Source: an uncultured Gammaproteobacteria bacterium (GTDB taxonomy: Bacteria > Patescibacteriota > Microgenomatia > Daviesbacterales > UBA10151). From it: DNA of 64,000 nt. Shown here piece after piece: positions 48,820 through 58,084 of the stretch. Position 1 is the first letter of the stretch, and each line of letters starts with the position of its first letter. The translations under genes were made by a program, and so were the position numbers. The DNA lies in NCBI GenBank assembly GCA_964636275.1, contig CAZWRN010000002.1:9910-73909 (forward strand), in the 5' to 3' direction. The notes under the pieces were generated by a model. It saw nothing but the letters and a program-made list of their open reading frames with translations, did not search any database and was not told the origin of the DNA.

Positions 48820-50978
48820 AGTTCTACGGGTGACATCTCTCCCCAGCTTTTGCCGGATTTCAAATCAACTTTCACAGGAACAGATAACTTTAAAGCATCT
48901 TCCATTTTTTGTTTAATCATTTTGGCTGTCGACTCGACATCTTCTGGAGAGCATTCAAACATCAACTCATCATGGACCTGAAGTATTAACTTGCAGTTAT
49001 CATTTTTCTCAAGTTCTTTACCGATTGCGACCATAGCAATTTTAATCATATCCGCACTGGTTCCTTGAATTGGATGGTTGATAGCTGCTCTCTCTCCGGC
49101 TGCTTTGAGAAAATGATTGTTTGAAGAGAGCTCTGGCATGTATCTTCTTCTTCCAGAGATTGTTTCAACATAACCATTTTGGATACCAAATTCCAAAGTT
49201 TTAGCCATCCAGGCTTTGACTTTGGGAAACTGTTCAAAATATTCGCTGATGTACTGTTTGGCAGTGGCAAAGTCTATGCTAAGCTGTCTGGATAAAGCCC
49301 GCGGACCCTGACCGTAGAGGGTGGCAAAGTTCATGGTTTTTCCAACTGTTCGTTGTTGTTTACCCACTTGATCAATTGGAATATTAAAGATCTTAGCCGC
49401 TGTTGCTGCATGAATATCTAAGCCATCTTGAAATGCTTTTTTCATTGCTTCATCACCCGAGACATCGGCCATTATTCGAAGCTCTATCTGCGAATAATCG
49501 GCGCCCAATAATACTTTTCCTTCTGGTGCAATAAATGCTTTCCGCAGCTCCCCACCCATCTCTCCTCTGATGGGGATATTTTGCAAATTGGGATTGGTTG
49601 AAGAAAGCCGTCCGGTGGCAGCACCTTCAACATTGAAAGTTGAATGAATTCTTCCGTCTTCCTGAATGGATTTAGGCAGGGCATCAACATAGGTTGAAAC
49701 TAATTTAAACAGTTGACGGTACTGGAGTAGAAAAGGAATTGCCGGGTGAGCTGCTGACAATTCTTGGAGTGTTTCTTCATCGGTTGATCTGCCCGTTTTA
49801 GTCTTTTTGAAAACAGGTAAATTGAGTTCATCAAATAGTACCTCAGACAACTGTTTTGGTGAATTTAAATTAAATTCGTGACCAACAAAATGGAAAATAT
49901 TTTTCTCAATATCGACTAGTTTTTCCTTGAGATCTTTACCCAGATTCTCTAAAAACGGGGCATCTATCAGCACTCCATTTTTACTCATTTTGTCCAAAAC
50001 AATCTGTACCTTTTGATCCAGTTCAACAGTCTCTTTTGATTGTGCTGGCTTTTCATAAGCTGCTTCATCTCCTTGTAACTGTTTTTCACCAGTCAGAGGA
50101 TCTTTTCCAGAGCCAGTCAATTTATTAACCAAACTTTTGAATTCCAATTCTTTAAAAAGATCGATTACCTGCCCCTGGTTATAGTCTTTTACCGCACATT
50201 CTGAGAGATTTAACTTGATCGGTGCATTGATATCGATAGTCGCCAGTGTTTTGCTCATTGCAGCTGACTCAGCCCCTTCAGCCAACAGTTTTTGCATTCG
50301 TTCTGGCAGAGTCGCCAGGTTTTCTGTTTTATAAATCTCTTCAATAGTGCCAAACTGTTTGATTAGTTTGGTGGCGCTGACATCGCCTATTCCCGGCACA
50401 CCTGGGATATTGTCTGAAGCATCGCCCGCTAATGCTTTGTATTCGATCATCTGGATTGGCTGAAAACCAAACCGCTCAATAAACTCCTGGACCCCATACA
50501 AACCAACATCAGTCAGGGTCTTTTTTGGCATTAAGATTTTGACCTGATTGTTGATAGTTTGCATGATATCTCGATCTCCCGTCAAAATGATCACTTCAAT
50601 CTCTGAATCTTTTTCTACTGCCAGTTTAGCTAGTGTTCCGATCAGGTCATCGGCTTCATATCCAGCCAGAGCGTATTCGGGCACTCCCAGAGCCTTGACT
50701 ACTTCATGCACCCGATTATACTGACTGCTCAATGCTTCATCAGCTGGCCCGCGAGTGGCTTTGTACTGGGTATATTGCTGGTGTCTAAAAGTAGGAGCTT
50801 TCATATCCCAGGCGATCGCCATATAGTCAGGTTTGAGATCATCCCAACTTCTTAAAAGCATATTGGTAAAGCCGTAGACGGCATTTACCAGCTCCCCTTT
50901 TGAAGTGGTCAACGGTGGTGTGGCATGAAAAGCCCGATGAAGTAAAGCATTCCCATCTACTAAAACGAATCTTGGCAT
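48816..50978 (-). CDS. polA: DNA polymerase I (lacks 3'-5' exonuclease domain)
   Basis: 5'-3' exo (DGNALLHRAFHA, EADD, GDASDN), ADYSQIELR, KTMNFATLYG, QVHDE. Confidence 0.96.
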   Translation of the reverse strand: MPRFVLVDGNALLHRAFHATPPLTTSKGELVNAVYGFTNMLLRSWDDLKPDYMAIAWDMKAPTFRHQQYTQYKATRGPADEALSSQYNRVHEVVKALGVPEYALAGYEADDLIGTLAKLAVEKDSEIEVIILTGDRDIMQTINNQVKILMPKKTLTDVGLYGVQEFIERFGFQPIQMIEYKALAGDASDNIPGVPGIGDVSATKLIKQFGTIEEIYKTENLATLPERMQKLLAEGAESAAMSKTLATIDINAPIKLNLSECAVKDYNQGQVIDLFKELEFKSLVNKLTGSGKDPLTGEKQLQGDEAAYEKPAQSKETVELDQKVQIVLDKMSKNGVLIDAPFLENLGKDLKEKLVDIEKNIFHFVGHEFNLNSPKQLSEVLFDELNLPVFKKTKTGRSTDEETLQELSAAHPAIPFLLQYRQLFKLVSTYVDALPKSIQEDGRIHSTFNVEGAATGRLSSTNPNLQNIPIRGEMGGELRKAFIAPEGKVLLGADYSQIELRIMADVSGDEAMKKAFQDGLDIHAATAAKIFNIPIDQVGKQQRTVGKTMNFATLYGQGPRALSRQLSIDFATAKQYISEYFEQFPKVKAWMAKTLEFGIQNGYVETISGRRRYMPELSSNNHFLKAAGERAAINHPIQGTSADMIKIAMVAIGKELEKNDNCKLILQVHDELMFECSPEDVESTAKMIKQKMEDALKLSVPVKVDLKSGKSWGEMSPVEL

Positions 50979-51112
50979 AGGGGTATTCTAACACTTTTGA
51001 AGTAAAACTCTAAATTTTAAATACTCTGAAATTATTGTTTATTTTTTTGGTCATTATCTAGAATTTAGTAATTAGAGTTTAGAACTTATACTCATATCAT
51101 TTTGGTAACTAT

Positions 51113-51141
51113 TTGACTTATGTCACTTCATTTTGTATAGT
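51113..51141 (+). promoter_or_regulatory. Sigma70 promoter TTGACT-N17-TATAGT, overlapped by a CRP-like site
   Basis: -35 at 51113-51118, -10 at 51136-51141; TTTGA-N6-TCACT at 51112-51127. Confidence 0.65.
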
Positions 51142-51150
51142 GACTCGAAT

Positions 51151-51267
51151 ATGTGCAACTGTGGCAACCGTAAAGAAAAATTCATCCCGCAAATTTTGAA
51201 TTTTGTTTTAGCCAATCCACCATGCTGTTGTTCTTCCACATCGCAAATGGGAGGCAATAGTAGGTGA
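51151..51267 (+). CDS. Cys-rich leader peptide (38 aa) of a putative attenuator
   Basis: MCNCGNRKEKFIPQILNFVLANPPCCCSSTSQMGGNSR; three tandem Cys codons at 51223-51231. Confidence 0.65.
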   Translation: MCNCGNRKEKFIPQILNFVLANPPCCCSSTSQMGGNSR

Positions 51268-51302
51268 TTAGTTAATTAGAGATTAGTTAATTTAAAAGTT
51301 TC

Positions 51303-51330
51303 AAAGCCTCCCAGCTTGGGAGGTTTTTTT
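51303..51330 (+). terminator. Attenuator intrinsic terminator
   Basis: GCCTCCCA-GCT-TGGGAGG-T7 directly before the methyltransferase start. Confidence 0.8.
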
Positions 51331-52116
51331 ATGCAAAAAAGGATATCTATGCCTTTAATTGAAGACCGGGAAACACGACAAGAAATAATAACAAGATTAA
51401 ATCAACAACCAATTTCAAGAGTTTCTGCAGATTATTGGGGATTGGGTTATGAGTTTAAAATGACTTCCGGGTGTCCTGAGGAAAGTAATCCCTTATTGGC
51501 GCAAAGAGTGGCAAAATTAGTACCTCAACTAGATAGTTCCGATCCTATTTTGGATATAGGGTCTGGTAGGCAGTATTTTGTTTCAAGCTTGGCAATGAAA
51601 ACCGGTTATAAATTACCAGCGAATCCGATCATTACATTAGATGTTGCTCCAATTCTCTCCCAATATTTAAACACCCAACAAAATGTCAATCATGTTCAGG
51701 CGGATGCAATGTATCTTCCTTTTTTAACTGAAAAAATTGGCCTTGTGACTAGTAATATGGCGATTGATTATGCTGATGATCCGAAAAAAGTAATCAGTGA
51801 GATGTATCGAGTTTTAAAGCCTGGCGGTTTTGCAGCATTTACATTGATGAGACCAAGCATGTTTGCCAAAGATCCTGATCGGTTTATTGATAAACTGACA
51901 ACCAGAAGCGCACTTCAGGACTATGTTATTACTAAACATATACTGGGTCATAATGTTCTAACAAACTCTGAGGCTGCAGTTAGACAAAGATTTATAGATC
52001 ACGGATTTGAGGTGATAGATTTAGTCGTTAGAACTTCAAATGGTGTAGATCCTGACAGATACCCTAATGCTCATAGCTGGTGGGAAGTAGAATTACGAAA
52101 AAGAAGCGACGCTTAA
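51331..52116 (+). CDS. Class I SAM-dependent methyltransferase
   Basis: ILDIGSG, TLDV, QADAMYLPF, RVLKPGG; start could also be 51349. Confidence 0.85.
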   Translation: MQKRISMPLIEDRETRQEIITRLNQQPISRVSADYWGLGYEFKMTSGCPEESNPLLAQRVAKLVPQLDSSDPILDIGSGRQYFVSSLAMKTGYKLPANPIITLDVAPILSQYLNTQQNVNHVQADAMYLPFLTEKIGLVTSNMAIDYADDPKKVISEMYRVLKPGGFAAFTLMRPSMFAKDPDRFIDKLTTRSALQDYVITKHILGHNVLTNSEAAVRQRFIDHGFEVIDLVVRTSNGVDPDRYPNAHSWWEVELRKRSDA

Positions 52117-52141
52117 TCAAAAATGATTGCAAATTGGTATC

Positions 52142-52597
52142 TCAACTTGGCAATATTGCACTTATCCCAAAGCATATTACAGTCATCACAAACATTTTGA
52201 TATATAAAAATGGTACTCTGCCCCACCAGTCTTTGTGCCAATGAGCATACTGTTTTGTAAATTTTTTAAATCCATAATGAGGATTTAGCACAAACCAGAA
52301 AAAATCCTCAAATACTACTCCCAAAAAAAACACCCCTAAAATCTGTAGTTCTAACTGTAACGTCCAGGGCAATCCTATCCAAAAAGGAAAATGCAATAAA
52401 ACCATAATCAACCAAAAAACCCAAAAATGATAACCGGTAAATTCTTGTTTCCCCCACAATAAACGGGTAAACCAATTTTTTACCCGCCAGGTCGGCAGAG
52501 CCGCTGCCCAGCCATCTTTACCTTCGATTTCAATCTCCAGCTTAGCCATAATAAAAGCCATCAGCAGAGAAAATAAAACTAATTTTAGAATTAACAT
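52142..52597 (-). CDS. Membrane protein
   Basis: EIEIEGKDGWAAALP, TGYH, EDFFWFVLNP. Confidence 0.65.
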   Translation of the reverse strand: MLILKLVLFSLLMAFIMAKLEIEIEGKDGWAAALPTWRVKNWFTRLLWGKQEFTGYHFWVFWLIMVLLHFPFWIGLPWTLQLELQILGVFFLGVVFEDFFWFVLNPHYGFKKFTKQYAHWHKDWWGRVPFLYIKMFVMTVICFGISAILPS

Positions 52598-53395
52598 TTA
52601 TTTGAAGTGTCCGTATTTATATTCAGTTGGGTTGCTATCGTAGCCTTTGGTAATGATGTGCAACCAAGATTTGATCATTTTAGTCACGTATTGCAGCCGA
52701 CCTTCGTGATTCATTCTTCTAGTTGATGTATATATTTTAGGATTTTTTAAAAATAAAAATTTATTACCAGCTTTACACATTCTTTGCACTAGCTCATGAT
52801 CTTCAGCAAAACGCAGGCTTTCATCAAACCAACCAACTTTTTCAAAAGCCACTCGCCTGACATATAGATTAATACCCATGGCCATCGGATAAATTGGCTT
52901 GGTAGCTCGAAAGGCTACATCTGCAGCCACAAAAATGGCGGTGTCTTCGGCTTTATTGACGACCGATTTTATTTTTAACTCTAATGTCTTGCGTTGCTCT
53001 TCGCTGTGTTTGGGATCATCAGCCGGCAAATTGGTTGCAGCTGCCAGATCTGGCTTTCTTTCTAATACTTCCTGATAATATTTATCCAAAGCTTCGGTGT
53101 CTTTAAGAAAAACATCCGCATCCAAAAATAAAATGTGGGGTGCAGTCGTTTTTTTGACGCCGGTATTTCTTTGCCGGGAAATAGTTGATTTAGGAATCTG
53201 ATAGAATTTGAGTTGTGGTAAAACTTTTTGCCTTTTTAAAACCTCAGACTTGGTTTTATCTGGGGAAAAAGCATCAACTACTGCAACTTCTTTGGGTTGA
53301 ACAGTTTGAGCTGCAATCGAATCAAGCAGTTTACCAATAAAATTTTCTTCGTTTAAAGTTGGAATAACTATCGCTAAATCAATTATTTTTGCCAT
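52598..53395 (-). CDS. Glycosyltransferase family 2
   Basis: IVIPTLNEE, VVD, QRNTG, LFLDAD, FAED, STRR. Confidence 0.9.
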   Translation of the reverse strand: MAKIIDLAIVIPTLNEENFIGKLLDSIAAQTVQPKEVAVVDAFSPDKTKSEVLKRQKVLPQLKFYQIPKSTISRQRNTGVKKTTAPHILFLDADVFLKDTEALDKYYQEVLERKPDLAAATNLPADDPKHSEEQRKTLELKIKSVVNKAEDTAIFVAADVAFRATKPIYPMAMGINLYVRRVAFEKVGWFDESLRFAEDHELVQRMCKAGNKFLFLKNPKIYTSTRRMNHEGRLQYVTKMIKSWLHIITKGYDSNPTEYKYGHFK

Positions 53396-53819
53396 ATTTA
53401 AATCTCCACAAGATGACTATTGTACCAAAAAATATTAACATCGCACCTTCAAAAGCGGTGATAAAAGAATAAAAAGGGATCCAAACAAGAAGTGAAGGGA
53501 TATAACCAAAACTATCAGGCAGGTTATTGATTGTTCTAATTAACAAATATACCCCATGTCCTACCGCCCAAAATCCTAATATTGTCAAAATATTTTTGTA
53601 TTTATTGATGTCTTTACGAATCTCCCAAATTAAAAAAGAGACTAATAATACAAATGACGCGTAAATCTGGGAGAGGAACCCGGAAAAAACAACTGCATTT
53701 GCTGGCCAGACTGATTCAACATCTATCAATCGAATGTTTAAAAGATGAATCAACGCATCGACGAGTAGATAAAAAAATCCAGTAGTCAGCAGTCTTTTGA
53801 TCCAGATCTCTTTTGTCAT
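53379..53819 (-). CDS. Membrane protein
   Basis: Four hydrophobic helices. Confidence 0.6.
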   Translation of the reverse strand: MTKEIWIKRLLTTGFFYLLVDALIHLLNIRLIDVESVWPANAVVFSGFLSQIYASFVLLVSFLIWEIRKDINKYKNILTILGFWAVGHGVYLLIRTINNLPDSFGYIPSLLVWIPFYSFITAFEGAMLIFFGTIVILWRFKYGKNN

Positions 53820-53837
53820 TATATTATTATACCGGTT

Positions 53838-55622
53838 TTAGTGTTTTAATTCACTTTGGGCTACAATTGAAGCGTAGACTCCTTTTTTCTTCATCAGCTC
53901 CAAATGAGTGCCTCTTTCCACAATCCGACCCTTATCCATCACCAAAATCTGGTCGGCTTTTTGAACGGTTGAGAGACGGTGAGCTATGACAATTTTAGTT
54001 AAAGTTTTTTCCTTAGACATATCCTCCAGCGCTTTTTGAATCATCGCCTCAGATAAAGTATCAAGATGTGATGTTGGCTCATCCATGATCAGGATTTTGG
54101 GGTCTGCAAACAGAGCTCTGGCAATAGCCAGCCGCTGTTTTTGCCCGCCTGATAGCTTGACTCCTCTTTCGCCAATCTCTGTTTGATATCCATCTTCAAA
54201 GTCTGAGATAAACTCGTGAGCGTGAGCCAACTCAGCAGCCCTGATAACTCGATCTTTGACCGATGACCAGTTGGCCTGACCAAAAGAGTAGGCAATCACT
54301 TCCCAGATTTTTCGGTTTGGCACGGGTGAATCCTGAAAAACCACGGCGGTCTGTTGGTGATAATCATCGAGTGATACCTGTCTTAGGTCGTATTTATTAT
54401 CCAACACAATTGAACCACTACTTGGGTCATAGTACCGGCTAAGTAATTTCGCAATTGTAGACTTTCCTGAGCCAGATTTTCCCACCAGTGCTGTAAATGA
54501 ACCCGGGTTGATAGTAAAGCTAACATTTTTTAATACCCGTCTTTTCTTGTATGCAAATGTCACGTGACGAAAAGCCAGCTGTCCCTGAAATCGATCAAGC
54601 CGGATTGGGTCCGGGGATTCTTTGACCGATGTTTTTTGGTTCAATAAAGAGCTGATACGGTCGACGGGTTCAGACGCATCAACTGCCCGTTCATAGATCC
54701 TGCCTAGACGGAAGATATTTGAATTGGTTCTTTCCAGTACTGATATTAGAAAAACTAATGTACCAACTGTCAGCTGCCCTAAGTAAATCTGCCAAATACC
54801 GATTGAGATCATTAAAATGTAAAACCCTTCGGTCATCAGGGAACGGAAAAACCCTTCAATCATATGTGTTTTATACTCACTCCCGGAAATACTTAGGACA
54901 TTTCCCCAAATGGACTGCATAGATAATTTCTCTCTTTCTTCTTGGGCAAAGGCTTTGACCACAGTAATATTGGAGATCGTGTCCCCTATTTCCCCAGTGG
55001 ATTTTTCATAAAGATCATGTCTTTTGGAGCGCAGTTTAGCAGTTTTTTTGTAGGTCAAAAACATCAAATAGATATAAGGCACCACAGACAAAAGAAAAAC
55101 CACACCAAACAACCAACTTGTCAGCAAGATCAATATGGTTGAAAGAATGATTTTGATCACAATCGGTTGAAACTCCCAGGTGTATGATCCAATCAAATCA
55201 ACCAATTTATCGGTTCCTTTATTGACGATGTTGATCTTGGTACCGGTATTGATCTTTTCGTGATAATCAATTGACAGCTCCAGCAACTTTTCATAGGCCA
55301 CAGTTTGAATATGGTGCTCTGATTTCCAGAGCAATTTTACAATTAAAATATCGGCCAGATAGTCAAGCAGCATCGTTAAGATCCTGGCTGCAGCCAGTCC
55401 ACCGATGACCAACAGCGCTGTCTCCCAGCTGATCGCCCCTTTGGCTGCTGTCAAAATATCTAAAATTTTTCCATAGATAAAAATTCCCGCCAAAAGGAAC
55501 AGCTCCATAAAAGCTGTCACAATTGCCAGGACGTATAGATCCTTATGAAAAGGAGCCATCAATATCCAGACTTTTTTTATGAAACTCATATTTGTTTTTT
55601 TCTTGCTATTTAAACGTAACAT
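53838..55622 (-). CDS. ABC exporter, fused TMD-NBD (MsbA/MDR-like)
   Basis: 6 TM; GKSGSGKS, LSGGQKQR, IMDE, AHRLST; AAGGAG SD. Confidence 0.93.
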   Translation of the reverse strand: MLRLNSKKKTNMSFIKKVWILMAPFHKDLYVLAIVTAFMELFLLAGIFIYGKILDILTAAKGAISWETALLVIGGLAAARILTMLLDYLADILIVKLLWKSEHHIQTVAYEKLLELSIDYHEKINTGTKINIVNKGTDKLVDLIGSYTWEFQPIVIKIILSTILILLTSWLFGVVFLLSVVPYIYLMFLTYKKTAKLRSKRHDLYEKSTGEIGDTISNITVVKAFAQEEREKLSMQSIWGNVLSISGSEYKTHMIEGFFRSLMTEGFYILMISIGIWQIYLGQLTVGTLVFLISVLERTNSNIFRLGRIYERAVDASEPVDRISSLLNQKTSVKESPDPIRLDRFQGQLAFRHVTFAYKKRRVLKNVSFTINPGSFTALVGKSGSGKSTIAKLLSRYYDPSSGSIVLDNKYDLRQVSLDDYHQQTAVVFQDSPVPNRKIWEVIAYSFGQANWSSVKDRVIRAAELAHAHEFISDFEDGYQTEIGERGVKLSGGQKQRLAIARALFADPKILIMDEPTSHLDTLSEAMIQKALEDMSKEKTLTKIVIAHRLSTVQKADQILVMDKGRIVERGTHLELMKKKGVYASIVAQSELKH

Positions 55623-55644
55623 ACTTTCTCCTTTTTTTAAGGTA

Positions 55645-55701
55645 GTTCTCGACTTCGCTCGAACAAGATTGATTATTCTTTTTCGACCGTAGTGGAGAAA
55701 T
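55645..55701. repeat. REP-like palindrome doublet in the ABC exporter leader
   Basis: GTTCTCGACTTCGCTCGAAC ... TTTCGACCGTAGTGGAGAAA, an imperfect inverted pair. Confidence 0.55.
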
Positions 55702-55718
55702 ACATTATTTTTGATATT

Positions 55719-55744
55719 AAAAAACCAGCCGGTTGGCTGGTTTC
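55719..55744 (-). terminator. Leader terminator upstream of the ABC exporter
   Basis: AAACCAGCC-AACC-GGCTGGTTT-TTT on the minus strand. Confidence 0.75.
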
Positions 55745-55775
55745 TATGCTTGTTTATTTAATTTTTAAGTGTAAA

Positions 55776-55892
55776 TTACTTAAAATATCCCTCCTTTTGC
55801 ATAGAAACCCCTGCACTTTCTGCAGGTGCTAAATTTCCCCCACCAATAAGTGGATAAGAAATTGTATTTAGTTGTACATTATTTTTTGACAT
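55776..55892 (-). CDS. Putative 38-aa leader peptide
   Basis: MSKNNVQLNTISYPLIGGGNLAPAESAGVSMQKEGYFK; downstream of TTGACA-N18-TAAACT (55949-55978). Confidence 0.5.
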   Translation of the reverse strand: MSKNNVQLNTISYPLIGGGNLAPAESAGVSMQKEGYFK

Positions 55893-55991
55893 AAATAGTG
55901 ACTTTTCCGCTCAGTGTGGCTTTTTCGACTTGCGTAGTCAGTATCAACAGTTTACCCTGAAGTGTAAGAATTTGTCAACTATAACTATGGG

Positions 55992-57947
55992 TTATGCCAT
56001 AATGGCAGATTGGGTAGATCTAGAAGCTGTACTTTTTTTCTTGCCAACAATACCCTCGAATTCATCGGTATCAAGAGTCTCTTTATCCAGCAAAGCCTTG
56101 GCTACTTTGTCTAAATGAGCTTTATTTTTTCTTAAAATAGTCAGTGCCTGAGTGTATGCTTCATCCATAATCTTTTTAATTTCACCATCAATTTTGGCCT
56201 GCATTGATTCTGAAATGACAGCACCATCACCTCGCTGCCACATTCCAAACTGAGAGGCTGGTTTGATATTGATCGGACCGATCGAACTCATACCATATTC
56301 TACAACCATCTCACGGGCAATATTGGTGGCAACTTCGATATCATTGGAAGCTCCGGTGGAGATATCTTTAAAGATCAGATCTTCAGCTGCCCGACCGCCA
56401 AGAGCTGTGGCGATCTGTTCAAGCAGTCTGGATTTTGTCTCATTGGAGCGGTCTTCTGTCGGTGGAAACATCGTATGTCCGCCACTCATGCCCCGAGAAA
56501 CGATAGTGATACGATGAACAGGATCGACATGTGGCAAAGAGTGGCCAACCAAAGCATGCCCAGCTTCATGATAAGCAGCCAGTTTACGATCTTCTTCCGA
56601 CTGCATTCTTTTCCTTTGTGGACCGAGTTTGACTTTGGTCGCAGCCTCCTCTAGATCTTTGTTATCGATCTCTTTTTTGCTTTCACGAGCCGCCAATATT
56701 GCAGCTTCATTCAACATATTGGACAGATCAGCTCCGGAAAAACCAACTGTTCTTCTAGCAAGTCTTTCGACATCGACATCCTGAGCAAATGGCTTGCCTT
56801 TCATATGGATCGTGATAATGGCTTTTCTTTCTTCCAGATCTGGCAGCCCAATAACTACCCGACGATCAAACCGACCAGGTCTGACCAAAGCTGGATCTAA
56901 AAGATCCGGCCGATTGGTGGCACCGATAACAATGACCGATTCATTTGGCGCAAAACCGTCCATCTCAACCAGAATCTGATTTAGAGTCTGCTCTCTTTCA
57001 TCGTGTCCGCCACCCATTCCATTGCCACGAGCTCGGCCGATTGATTCTATTTCATCGATAAAGATGATCGCCGGTGAAGCCTTTTTAGCCTGAGCAAACA
57101 TATCTCTCACCCGGGCTGCCCCCACTCCGACCAACATCTCCATAAATTCAGATCCGGCTATTGAGAAAAATGGCACTCCAGCTTCACCAGCAACGGCTCG
57201 GGAAAGTAGTGTCTTACCGGTACCTGGAGGTCCCACCAGAAGCACGCCTTTTGGTGTCCTGGCTCCCACTTCTTTGTATTTTTGAGGATTTTTCAAAAAA
57301 TCGACTACCTCTTCGAGCTCTTTTTTAGATTCATAGACACCAGCGACATCGGCAAATTTCACCTGAGGAGCGTCTTTATTGAAAAGTCTGGCTCGGGACT
57401 GACCGAAAGAGAAGATCCCCTGGCCAGCATCTCGTGCCTGGCGGAAGATCAGCAAGAAGAAAACTATCATCAAAATAACTGGAATCAGAGTACCCAAGAG
57501 GGAGATCCAACCCTGCTGCCAGGAGATATCTTTGACCTCCACAGCTACTGTTTTTGGATCGACCTGAGAGGCTTCCAATATCTGATAAATCGACTCCCCG
57601 GCCTCTTTTCTGGCGGTGACAACTTTACCTTTTTTTGCATCATCCTGGATATCACCACGATAAGTGACTTCAACTTTATCACCTTCAACAACGATTTTCT
57701 GGACCAACTGATCTTTAACATCACTGACCACTTGGGAAATAGGTGCCTCATCTTTGGAAGAAGAGTTGCCTTGCAAACCGGCAAAAAAGATCAGAGCCGC
57801 TAATCCAATCAGCAGATACACTCCTAAACCTTTGATCAAACCGATCAATTTATTGCTGGATTTATTGCTACCTTTGCGGGATTTAAATGGATTAGGGATA
57901 GCTGACTTGGCCGGTATTTTTGGTAAACTACGTTTTAGATTTGCCAC
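55992..57947 (-). CDS. ftsH: ATP-dependent zinc metalloprotease FtsH
   Basis: 2 [27 protein letters not shown]. Confidence 0.97.
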   Translation of the reverse strand: MANLKRSLPKIPAKSAIPNPFKSRKGSNKSSNKLIGLIKGLGVYLLIGLAALIFFAGLQGNSSSKDEAPISQVVSDVKDQLVQKIVVEGDKVEVTYRGDIQDDAKKGKVVTARKEAGESIYQILEASQVDPKTVAVEVKDISWQQGWISLLGTLIPVILMIVFFLLIFRQARDAGQGIFSFGQSRARLFNKDAPQVKFADVAGVYESKKELEEVVDFLKNPQKYKEVGARTPKGVLLVGPPGTGKTLLSRAVAGEAGVPFFSIAGSEFMEMLVGVGAARVRDMFAQAKKASPAIIFIDEIESIGRARGNGMGGGHDEREQTLNQILVEMDGFAPNESVIVIGATNRPDLLDPALVRPGRFDRRVVIGLPDLEERKAIITIHMKGKPFAQDVDVERLARRTVGFSGADLSNMLNEAAILAARESKKEIDNKDLEEAATKVKLGPQRKRMQSEEDRKLAAYHEAGHALVGHSLPHVDPVHRITIVSRGMSGGHTMFPPTEDRSNETKSRLLEQIATALGGRAAEDLIFKDISTGASNDIEVATNIAREMVVEYGMSSIGPINIKPASQFGMWQRGDGAVISESMQAKIDGEIKKIMDEAYTQALTILRKNKAHLDKVAKALLDKETLDTDEFEGIVGKKKSTASRSTQSAIMA

Positions 57948-58084
57948 TTGCAGAATATAACATAGTTCACGCCTAAAGGAAAGCCCAAGTAGCAGATAAA
58001 ATTCGAAACGCGAAGCACGAATTACGAAACAAATTTTGAGATTTTGATCTTATTTCGCATTTCGGATTTGATGCTTCGAATTTT

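Noticed and set aside
55896-55942. Metabolite riboswitch at the 5' end of the ABC leader
   Set aside because: Short hairpins are present but I could not match them to a known aptamer consensus; needs an Rfam scan.
57282-57803. 173-aa antisense ORF and similar shadow ORFs (e.g. 386-616, 10865-11284, 44909-45289)
   Set aside because: They lie opposite better-supported genes and have no motifs.
57998-58083. CRISPR array (also considered for the other repeat tracts)
   Set aside because: Degenerate 7-mers, no identical 25-45-nt repeats with unique spacers, no cas genes.
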